Shown here one piece after another: positions 9,389 to 18,200 of a stretch of DNA of 64,000 nucleotides. Below the pieces are notes generated by a model. It was not told the origin of the DNA. It did not search any database and saw only the letters and a list, made by a program, of their open reading frames with translations. Source of the DNA: a virus (Duplodnaviria > Caudoviricetes); IMG/VR virus record IMGVR_UViG_3300002026_000019, positions 5,684 to 69,683 of that record; one strand, written 5' to 3'. Numbering within the stretch: the stretch's first letter is position 1; each line of letters starts with the position of its first letter. The position numbers were made by a program, and so were the translations under genes.

Positions 9389-10506
9389 TCAGTACGCGAA
9401 CATGCAAGAGTGAGTTGGGAATCACCAACGGTTCCAGACAGGACGATCACGCGATCCGTGACACGCATCTTGGTGTTCTCGGAGCCTTTTGCCAGATTGA
9501 GAATGTCACGGAACAGACGTGGGTCAACACCAGCCTTCAAAGGCTTTGCAGACTTCGGAGTCACTGAAGCTGTGTCTGCCGCCGACCCGCTGGAAGTTGA
9601 AAAGCTGATCGACAACTTTTCGCCCTTTGACGTCAAGATGAAGCTGGTGTTTGTGCTGTACAAGGTGAACAAGTTTTCAGTGATAGAACTGAGTTCATCG
9701 AACTGACATTCACATTCATACTCTGGCTTCGGCAATGACTTGAGGAACGTTGGAACCATGTCGTAGTGCTTGTCTTCGGCCTGAGTTGCTGGCAAGCAGA
9801 CAATGAAACCCTTGCCGGTCACACGGATACCGGTTGCTGAGATTGAGAACTTGGCGTCTTCACCGTTTGACAACGCTTCGACCAGAGTGAAATGCGATGC
9901 TGGCAACGCTGCACGGAATTCGATTCCACCGGCGTCGATCTTCGAGCGCACCAGACCAAAGTGTTGTGCATCAAATGACGACACTGCAAGAGCGCCACCC
10001 TTAGTCAGAACGATGTAAGAAGTCAACGTTGTATTCTGGTACACGTCAGCGATGGTTGTCACTGACAGACCTTGCTTGATGTGTGAAAGCACCGATGAGG
10101 GGATCGACGAAGCAGCAGATGATTTTTCCGTCACGCGGGTAAGAAGCTGTGACGACTGATCTTCCGTGATCGGCAACGTCGGAACCTTGCCGCTGTAGGT
10201 ACCTTTCGTTTGACGGAACAAGCACTCAGTCCCGTTGAACTTGAAGTCCATGACCGAGCGCCCACGAATAAGGCCAGTCAACACGTCAAGCGTAAAAGAA
10301 AAGATTCCAGCGGTGCTTTCAGTTGACGCGTTTGGAACGGCGAGAAGCGCGAATGAGTCAAGGCCAAGGCCGAGGACGCAAACACTCTTCTTGTATACGG
10401 CAAGATAAAACGCGCTGTTCGGCCCAACTGCACCTGAAACACGCTTGATGCTCTGCTCAAGAGTCTTACAGTCAGCAGAGAATGAGAAGGCTTTGATTTT
10501 AAACAT
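9385..10506 (-). CDS. DNA polymerase III beta (sliding clamp)-like protein
   Basis: 373 aa, the size of DnaN. Segments VSSFDAQHF, YDMVPTFLKSLP and GVDPRLFRDIL resemble clamp motifs. Adjacent to the polymerase. Confidence 0.6.
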   Translation of the reverse strand: MFKIKAFSFSADCKTLEQSIKRVSGAVGPNSAFYLAVYKKSVCVLGLGLDSFALLAVPNASTESTAGIFSFTLDVLTGLIRGRSVMDFKFNGTECLFRQTKGTYSGKVPTLPITEDQSSQLLTRVTEKSSAASSIPSSVLSHIKQGLSVTTIADVYQNTTLTSYIVLTKGGALAVSSFDAQHFGLVRSKIDAGGIEFRAALPASHFTLVEALSNGEDAKFSISATGIRVTGKGFIVCLPATQAEDKHYDMVPTFLKSLPKPEYECECQFDELSSITENLFTLYSTNTSFILTSKGEKLSISFSTSSGSAADTASVTPKSAKPLKAGVDPRLFRDILNLAKGSENTKMRVTDRVIVLSGTVGDSQLTLACSRTE

Positions 10507-10811
10507 TAGTGCAACCCCGTTGAGTTTGGTATATGGAATGTGTTGGAGTTTAAAACGTCTTGCGGTAATTCTTCGACGAAGATTGAAAGCTCAACTCCGT
10601 TGATGCGGTGAGAACATACTACGTTGCTCCAAAAGTAAGAAGAGATTTGACAGCACAGTCTGGTTGACGCTACCTCACTGAAGTCACCGGCCTGTATGTA
10701 CGAAGACATGGCGCGTACTACTTGGTCAGGTGTCTTTACATATTTTGAATCAGAGCGCAACCTGTCAGTGACGACTGGGTCGGTGACTAAAACGAGATTA
10801 ACTATTTGCAT
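10506..10811 (-). CDS. Hypothetical protein
   Basis: Overlaps the polymerase stop and the clamp start. Confidence 0.55.
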   Translation of the reverse strand: MQIVNLVLVTDPVVTDRLRSDSKYVKTPDQVVRAMSSYIQAGDFSEVASTRLCCQISSYFWSNVVCSHRINGVELSIFVEELPQDVLNSNTFHIPNSTGLH

Positions 10812-13800
10812 GCTTGTGCCTGTAGTTGTTCAACTCCTTAGCATACTCGATGGCGTCTCTACCTCCGGCAATGACACCGTTTGCTTTCTTGAGTGCATCC
10901 TTATCTTCACCAGCTTCGGCCAGCATTGCTTCTCCGGCGGCAACAGATGCCTTACCTTCGTTCAGGACTTCACGGATGTACTCTTTCTCGGTTAAGGTAA
11001 ACTCATAACCGATGTTTTCAATCTGATTCTTCATCCACTTCGGCGCGTCTTCTGTCAGTGCACGTTCACTGAAGATAATATCGTGCACCTTGTCGACGCT
11101 GACCTTGTAGTTGAGTTTATTGCGCTGGAACAGAAGACTGTCAACAACCAACCGCTCAAGTTGGTGAACACTGAAGTCCCAAGAGTCGCAATGGGACAGC
11201 GATGCGCCAATTTCAAAGTCAATCTCAGGAGTCGACACCAAACTGAAACCATAACGCTTGTTGACAACCTTTGCAACCCCGTCGGTCAGCGCCCACTCAA
11301 TCATGTCCAATGACTTGAGAAGGTTTGCGTACCCCGCTTCGTTTTCCAACGAGTCGTGAACAGAGTTTGTAATGAACAGCTTAAACGTTTCTGACTTGAC
11401 AATTTCTTTGAAGATCAGGTAGTCCAAAATGCGAATACCTGACATCATCATCTTACTGCACATGCCTTGGATCGGACTGTTTACCGCTTGACGGTCCAGA
11501 CGTGCCTTGATGGAGTTTGCTTGCTCCATTGAGTCAGGTAGCATATAGCCCCAAAGATGACGGCGTATATGAGTAGGCGCTTCAACATACCAATGTTTCC
11601 GTGCAAACTCTTTCGTCTTTTCAATCCACCCCATGCCACTAGGGAAACGTTTCTGGAACTTCACAACCAACGCTTTCGTTGCTTCCAATTCACGTTTGAT
11701 TGAAACGGCGAGAGACTTGATAGACATCTGATAGATCAAACCGAAGATGACGCCTTTCACAGCGTTTCTCAATGGCTTGTCAACGTCTTCCAGTTTCACA
11801 CCGAAGAAGTAGCTGGCATTTTGTATGTGTACGTCTGCTTCCGCTTTTAATCGCTTTCCCAACTCTTTCGTCGGATGCGCCCGGAACTCGTCACGCAAAG
11901 CCTTTGCAACGGCAAACACTTTGGCGACGGCTTTATCGAACGATATTTGTCCCCAACCGCGAACTTCGTGAACGCGGTAGTCGACCTTGACGTATAAGCA
12001 CCCTTCGCGTGCGACAAACAGTCGCTTAATGTTCTTGCCCAACTCTGTCCGAGCCGGAACTTGTTGAAGGTTTGGATTTCGTGCAGAACCACGGTGCGTG
12101 ACCACGGTCAAGTAACCGAAGTCAGGACGAATGCGGTGATCCTTTTGAAGGTCTTCGCTCTCGCCCAACAACTGAATGAAGCTGTTAACGAATGCCGTCT
12201 TCAGCTTCTTTGCTTTCTCAAGCAACGTGTACTGTGCGACCTCTGGAATGTGTGCGTAGTGCTCTTGAAACTTCTTGTCCAGCTTACCCTCGCCACTCTT
12301 TCCCTTGTCCAACGGTTTCAACTTCAACACGTCAAAGAACAGCGTCTTCCGGTGTGCTGGCTTGCTCATCTTCAGAACGGTCGCAGCAGTAAACGCTTCG
12401 CCAAACATTGACGTCGTCGGAGTCCCTGCACGATCAGACAGCAACTTGTTCGCCTTCTTCGCAGCAGGTGTTGAAATCAACGCCGTGTACATCTTCTTGA
12501 TTTCCAACTCAATCGGCGAGTTCTCGGTGCGCAAGAAGAACAGGTAGCCAACGTCGAGACCGGCACCAGTGTGTTCCATCTTACTGAATGCGTGGATCGT
12601 GTCGCTGATTTCATTCAGCACGACTTCACTATGGTGAGTGTATCCAGTGTCTTTCGCCAGCCTCTTCTGAACATTGTGAATCGCAATTGGCACACAGACG
12701 TCGTAGCAAGTATAGTCAATGACCGATTGGTTTGTCAGGTCGGCAGAACCAAAGTCTGCTCGGTGCTGCTTACCAAACTCGGCATTGAGATAACCTTCAA
12801 ACCCATACTGCACCGACATGTTGCCCAAGCTGTAGTAGTACTCACCGAGGGCTAGGTCAAGTGCCTTCAGGTTTTCATCCATCGCAAAATCAGCACCGAG
12901 GATGTCCCAAATGCTGTTCTTGAAATATCGGATGCCGCATGCTTCACGGAATACAGTCAGGTCAAACTTCGCATTCGTGTAGATGTGGTATTTGTTATCG
13001 TTATCGCCTTCAAAATATGCCTTGAGGCGACTGTGTATTCGTACGATTTCTTTCGGAGTGAACGGGCTGTCCTTGTGCGAGATTGGCACCAAGAACCCGC
13101 GTTCTTCGCTGAAGGCGAACTGAGCGGTCAGCAACCTGTTCGTAACCTTGTTCAGATTCTTTGTCTCAGTGTCGACCGCAATAAACTCTTGTTCGGCAAG
13201 CTTGTCCATGAGCTTGTTGAACTTGCCCATAGTGTCAACGACAAAAGCACCGCGACAGAGAATCTTTGTGCTGTCGACGGCATATGTCTTTCCAAAGATC
13301 GGAGACAAGCACTTACACATGTACCCAAGCAGCGACGCCTCACCGCTGTCACCGTTGCTGATGTCGTTGAGGCTGATGTTGCTAACGACTTTCGTCGTGT
13401 GACTGTCATCTTTAAACTTGACTGTACGTTCAACCGGGACACCTAGCCAATAGCTGTAGCGCGTACGCCCACGGTAGTCGGTGACGATTTTATCCTTCAG
13501 CAACGCACGCATCGGTGCAGTGCCAAAGGCGACAACGTAGTCCGGCTGATATTCAACGATCAACGCGTTGAGACGTTCCGTAAACGCTATGTCAGCCTGT
13601 GCACGGAAGTCAGCAGACTTCCCATACGTGCGGAACGCATTGTACGTGCAAGCCAACCAAGAAAAACTGGCCGATTGGTTTGCATAGGTGCGCTTCGCGA
13701 CTCCGATCATGGAGTCAAGAAGGTCGCCAGTCACACCCTTCAGAAGAAACCCGCTATGAAGGTCTTCTGATGGAACATGGTCGAGGACGAACAGGACTTT

Positions 13801-13917
13801 GACCTTGCCACTATTCTCGAACGGGAGTTTCACATACTCGTAACTGTCTTCCGCCTCAATGCCAAACCTCTTAGCATTGAAGTGGAAGCTTTTATACTTT
13901 GCTCGTTTTTTGTCCAC
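10798..13917 (-). CDS. Family A DNA polymerase with N-terminal UDG-like and 3'-5' exonuclease domains
   Basis: Exo I FIAVDTET; motif A DYRVHEVR; motif B KGVIFGLIY; motif C VHDS; NPNLQQVP. N-terminus aligns by eye to family-4 UDG. Confidence 0.95.
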   Translation of the reverse strand: MDKKRAKYKSFHFNAKRFGIEAEDSYEYVKLPFENSGKVKVLFVLDHVPSEDLHSGFLLKGVTGDLLDSMIGVAKRTYANQSASFSWLACTYNAFRTYGKSADFRAQADIAFTERLNALIVEYQPDYVVAFGTAPMRALLKDKIVTDYRGRTRYSYWLGVPVERTVKFKDDSHTTKVVSNISLNDISNGDSGEASLLGYMCKCLSPIFGKTYAVDSTKILCRGAFVVDTMGKFNKLMDKLAEQEFIAVDTETKNLNKVTNRLLTAQFAFSEERGFLVPISHKDSPFTPKEIVRIHSRLKAYFEGDNDNKYHIYTNAKFDLTVFREACGIRYFKNSIWDILGADFAMDENLKALDLALGEYYYSLGNMSVQYGFEGYLNAEFGKQHRADFGSADLTNQSVIDYTCYDVCVPIAIHNVQKRLAKDTGYTHHSEVVLNEISDTIHAFSKMEHTGAGLDVGYLFFLRTENSPIELEIKKMYTALISTPAAKKANKLLSDRAGTPTTSMFGEAFTAATVLKMSKPAHRKTLFFDVLKLKPLDKGKSGEGKLDKKFQEHYAHIPEVAQYTLLEKAKKLKTAFVNSFIQLLGESEDLQKDHRIRPDFGYLTVVTHRGSARNPNLQQVPARTELGKNIKRLFVAREGCLYVKVDYRVHEVRGWGQISFDKAVAKVFAVAKALRDEFRAHPTKELGKRLKAEADVHIQNASYFFGVKLEDVDKPLRNAVKGVIFGLIYQMSIKSLAVSIKRELEATKALVVKFQKRFPSGMGWIEKTKEFARKHWYVEAPTHIRRHLWGYMLPDSMEQANSIKARLDRQAVNSPIQGMCSKMMMSGIRILDYLIFKEIVKSETFKLFITNSVHDSLENEAGYANLLKSLDMIEWALTDGVAKVVNKRYGFSLVSTPEIDFEIGASLSHCDSWDFSVHQLERLVVDSLLFQRNKLNYKVSVDKVHDIIFSERALTEDAPKWMKNQIENIGYEFTLTEKEYIREVLNEGKASVAAGEAMLAEAGEDKDALKKANGVIAGGRDAIEYAKELNNYRHKHANS

Positions 13918-13950
13918 AGTGTGCCACCCAACTGTTGTGATTGTATGGTA

Positions 13951-13963
13951 TGTCTTTACAGTT
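13951..13963 (-). promoter_or_regulatory. AACTGTAAAGACA motif upstream of the polymerase
   Basis: An identical 13-mer lies at 7809-7821, just upstream of the helicase ATG. Confidence 0.4.
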
Positions 13964-13977
13964 TTGCAAACGAGAAA

Positions 13978-14004
13978 GGGCAGCCCTCGTCAAAGAAGCT
14001 GCCC
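13978..14004 (-). terminator. Putative terminator
   Basis: GGGCAGC/GCTGCCC stem followed by TTTCTCGTTT after the phosphatase gene. Confidence 0.45.
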
Positions 14005-14015
14005 TAGTCGTCACG

Positions 14016-14711
14016 CTATTCTGAATTTTTCATGGTGACTATTTTGTGTGAGTTGGGATCGAAGGCAACCAGAGAGCCTCCGTAGACACAACCTCCATCA
14101 AGATAGATCGTACTCTGGTTGAGCGACTTGCGAATCTGCTGCAAGCTTTTCGGGGAGTGGCCGACGATGTTGACAAGGTTGGGATGGTTGGGATGCTTCT
14201 CACGGTTCCATAAAACAAAGTTGGCGTTTGTTTCAGTGTCACGGAACGGCCTCTTGTGGCCTAGATCAACACCCGCGTGTGACACGACATACGTTATCCC
14301 GTCACTATACTCAAGCTTAACAACTAGCGGGAGTGCTTTAAACCAATTCAAGTACTTCTTCGGTATGTCTCGGACACTACTCACACCAAAGCTTGCTAGA
14401 GTTGCGTCACCGCCGTTGTAAGTAATCCAGTGTTTCTCAAGAGGCTTTGACTCAAGCGCCCCCAACAAGAGTTGCTCATGGTTTCCGCGCATCACCTTTG
14501 CGCGTTTCTTTCTTTGCAACGCCATTGCCAAGTCAACGACACGCTTCGAGTCTACCCCACGGTCTATAAGATCACCGGGAAGGTACACACAATCATCAGA
14601 ACCAAACCCAAGCTTCTTCAACAGCTTGAACAGTGTTGTATAGCACCCATGCACGTCACCAATGACGTATATCTCACCGTCAGGTTCAATAGCGGCAGTC
14701 TCGATAGCCAT
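14016..14711 (-). CDS. Calcineurin-like metallophosphoesterase (Ser/Thr phosphatase, NinI/PrpA-like)
   Basis: GDVHG, GDLIDRG, RGNHE, SHAG, GHS and LDGG motifs. Confidence 0.93.
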   Translation of the reverse strand: MAIETAAIEPDGEIYVIGDVHGCYTTLFKLLKKLGFGSDDCVYLPGDLIDRGVDSKRVVDLAMALQRKKRAKVMRGNHEQLLLGALESKPLEKHWITYNGGDATLASFGVSSVRDIPKKYLNWFKALPLVVKLEYSDGITYVVSHAGVDLGHKRPFRDTETNANFVLWNREKHPNHPNLVNIVGHSPKSLQQIRKSLNQSTIYLDGGCVYGGSLVAFDPNSHKIVTMKNSE

Positions 14712-14717
14712 GTCAGG

Positions 14718-15236
14718 TCACTCGGAAGCGTCGTTCTTTGGAGTCACTACAGGTGTCGGTGGAATGACGCGTGCTTCACGTTTGGCAAGTGCTTTCGGAA
14801 CTTCAAGCTCTGGACACGTCAAGGAACCATCTGGAAGCCGACGCACACCCATAGGCAGTGCACCCTTTGAGGCAAACGGCAAACCACCGTTTGGCAATGC
14901 GGGGTTGAATTTCCCACTGCGTTCCCACTTGATCTTCGCTTCGATTGAGGCCGGTCCCCACTCACCGTCAATCTTACCGCTGTAGAAGTTTTTCGCAGCC
15001 ATGACTTCTTGCTGGTTCTTCAACTGCTCGGTACCTGTTTGCATGCGCTTCTCCAATTTAACAAACCGTCCATCTTCCATCTTAGTGACAGACCGAACAA
15101 AACGAAGGAACCCGTCAGTGTAAACGTACGCGAGTTCCCCCGTCTCTTCAATTATATAACCTTCATCTGGAAGCCCTATAATCTTATAGATGCCTCCAGT
15201 CTTCAGGTGCTTTACAACTTGACCTTTTCTAAACAT
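14718..15236 (-). CDS. DUF1653-like domain fused to a peptidoglycan-binding-like domain
   Basis: VVKHLKTGGIYKII followed by QEVMAAKNFYSGKIDGEWGPAS. Confidence 0.55.
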   Translation of the reverse strand: MFRKGQVVKHLKTGGIYKIIGLPDEGYIIEETGELAYVYTDGFLRFVRSVTKMEDGRFVKLEKRMQTGTEQLKNQQEVMAAKNFYSGKIDGEWGPASIEAKIKWERSGKFNPALPNGGLPFASKGALPMGVRRLPDGSLTCPELEVPKALAKREARVIPPTPVVTPKNDASE

Positions 15237-15257
15237 GAAACCCTCGTAGAAGAAGGT

Positions 15258-15276
15258 GGGGACCACGGTGGTCCCC
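15258..15276. terminator. Perfect GC-rich inverted repeat after the SNF2 gene
   Basis: GGGGACCAC-G-GTGGTCCCC; the U-tract is weak. Confidence 0.4.
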
Positions 15277-15284
15277 AACCAACT

Positions 15285-18200
15285 TTAATCAACGTGCGTC
15301 ATCATTGCCTTCAGGTTAAGTTCCTTGACTTCGGCTTTCAGTTCCTTGAGGTTTGAAACCTTAATGCCAGAATCCATTAGTTCTTTCACCTTGTCGATGA
15401 GTGCCTGTTTCTTTTGCGGCAAGAAGCAAAGGTCACTACCCGGAGCCTGAGTGAATTTCTTCACGCCGACCATGCCCGGAATGTTTGTGGTCAAACCGCT
15501 TCGTGCAACAAACGCAGGGTTCGTTGCAAGATCAACCACCAACATCAGTTTGCCACTAAGCAACACAGGGTACACTTTCAACTCTGGACGGCGTTTGTTC
15601 TTAACCACCGTTGGAGTGTGTGACATTTTGAAGAACCTTGGCAGGTCGGCAACTGGTGCAAGCTCAATGTTAAACTTGCGACCCTTACCAGTTGAGAAGC
15701 TTTCTGCCAATGCACTCAGGTGCCGAACTGACTTACCATCCAGCGTAAACTTTTCTTCGAGCCAGTCAAGTGCAGCGTTGAAACTCTTGACGTTTGCAAT
15801 CGGCAGCTTTGCGAAGTGTCCGAAGTGCCGGAAGCCGTGTTTCTTGAGAGCCTTCCCACCAGTATCGTCTTCTTCAACTGCTTCAAGCGCAAGAAACTCG
15901 TTGAACACCACCGGATACAGTTCGACAATCACCCCGTCGTCCTGCTCAGGCTTCGTCGGTACAGGCGCAGTCTTTGGTCTGACCAAACCTTGAGTACGCT
16001 TTTGCGAGGCAGCAGCTTTCTGCTTCGCAATCTCGATTGCTTTCTCAGCTTTGATTCGTGCGCCTTCAGTACGTTTCTTGTCGGCAACACTAATCTTCGG
16101 TGCAATCTTGTTGAGCCTGTTCTTGTTACGCTCGGTGACCTTGAGTGCGAGGTACACTTTCGACGCTGACAGGTCACGTACTTCACCACCTTGCGCAAGC
16201 TTGATGTAGACCTTTGAAACTTCATTGTCTTCATTGCCGCCAGCAGCGTTGTCGTCGTCGCTTGTCTTACCCTTCTTGGTCGTTGTCTTAACGATCGTCC
16301 CAAGACCAAACTCGCACCGCACAAACTGACCGTTCAATGCTTTGCGGTCTTTCTTGTACGACTGGGCCAACTCACTCGATTCATCTTCGAGTGCTTCGGT
16401 CAGCGGGATCAAACCATCGTCATCCTTGTCGATCACCTTCATGTTTTCAACCCAAGGGGTGAAGGGGATGGTCTTGGCAGACTCAGGCATTGCCGTCGGT
16501 TCAATCGGGATCATTGTCGTGCGCTTCGTCTTACGCATTTCGCGGAACTCAGCGCCCGTTTCACCAAGCATGTACCGATACTGTCCGATGTAGCTGTTCG
16601 GGTGGATTTCTTTCGAGTGCCCAACACCACCAACTTGACACAACTCATCCAAGTTTGAGTACTTCTTGAAGTTGTCCAGCGACATCTTGATGATGGTCAA
16701 GTCCTTCGTCTTGAGACCCTTGTAGTACTTCGGATTGTGCAGTTCATCGAACGCAGTCTTCTTCAGCATCTTGGAAATCAGACGACCCATCTTCGCAACT
16801 TCAAGTGTTCCATCGCACAGAATCCAGTCAAGGAAAATAATCTGGCGAATGTACTCGCCGCCAACGTCAGGGCGGAAAATACGTGAAGCTGTTTGGTCCA
16901 ACTCACCCGGTGCCCACGGTGCTTCAACGCGAATGAAGCGCGAAGCCATTTGCAGGTTGTGGCCTTCCGAGATACCCATTTCGTTTGCAATCAGGATTTG
17001 AACCTTGGGGTCTTTCTTAAACTTGTTCAGGTTGTCATCCTTGTTGTCGACTTCACCGTGGAAGCGTACTGCAAGCTTCTTCAGGTCAGGCGGCAACCCG
17101 CGATAGATTGCGTCAACAGAGCGCGTGTAACGACAGGTGATAAACACCTTGCCGCGTACTTGCTCTTGCCACTTTTCAGTGTCGAGGTCAGGAGATTCGT
17201 CTGACTTCTCTTCACCGGTTCCGGCAGCAATTGTCGACTTGAAGATGTACGACTTACCGTTGAAGTCACACATTTCAGCAGCGCGGTATACTTTACCCTT
17301 TTGCCACGGTTGTTCTGCGAAGTGGAACTGCAAGCGTTTGATAACGGCTGAAACCTTCGGAGACACATACGACTCACGATCAACTTCTTCACCGAAGATT
17401 TCCGTAGCAACATCATGCAGGTCGACGTCACCGAAAGGATCAGTCAGCAAGCGTTCAAGACGTTGCAAGTACGGCTGCAAAGCTGCTTCCAACTCGTCTG
17501 AGTTATCGGAGTCATCGTCGTCATCTTCGTCTTTGACTTCAGGTGCTTTCTTACCGGCTTCATCATCGTCGCCGTTGAAGTCATTGTCGTCTTCATCTTC
17601 AGGACCACCAGCCATCAACTCGCGGAGCTTCTTGTCGGCCTTGGCTTCGTCCATCGTCTTCTTCAAGACAGCTTCGTAGAACATGCGAAGCTTATGACCA
17701 AGATCGTCATCAGGTCCGGTTTCAAACTGCACTGGCACAAACGTTTCGATAGGGGCTGGAAGCATGAATGCCCATTCTTTACGCTTGTATGAAATGACTG
17801 TGCAGAACTTCGACAACTGGTCACGCACCAGCTTTGCAGTATCTTCCTTGTAGTCCGGGTTGTCTGAGAAGCTACCGTCAGGCTTCAGGATACGTTCCTT
17901 ATGCTTGGCATCAAACTCGTCGGTCGTGCGGAAAATCTGACCGTTGTATATCGCGGCCTGACCAACAACGTCAGACAGCACGTTTTGAATCAGAGTGCCT
18001 GTGGCGATGCGACCATACTTGACACTTGACAACTGGTTGATCGTCTTGACAGCGCGGTGAATTGCACTCGTCGTGTTCTTGATACGATGCGACTCGTCGA
18101 TCAGGACGTAGTCAGGTTCAAACTTCTTCAAGAACTCAACGCTGTTTGATGTAATCTCAACTGCGTTGCCGATAACCAACTGTGTGCGGCCCAAATTCGA

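Noticed and set aside
10798-13917. Intein or intron in the 1039-aa polymerase
   Set aside because: The extra length is explained by the N-terminal UDG-like domain; no C/S...HN intein ends or LAGLIDADG motifs are seen, and motifs A-C are normally spaced.
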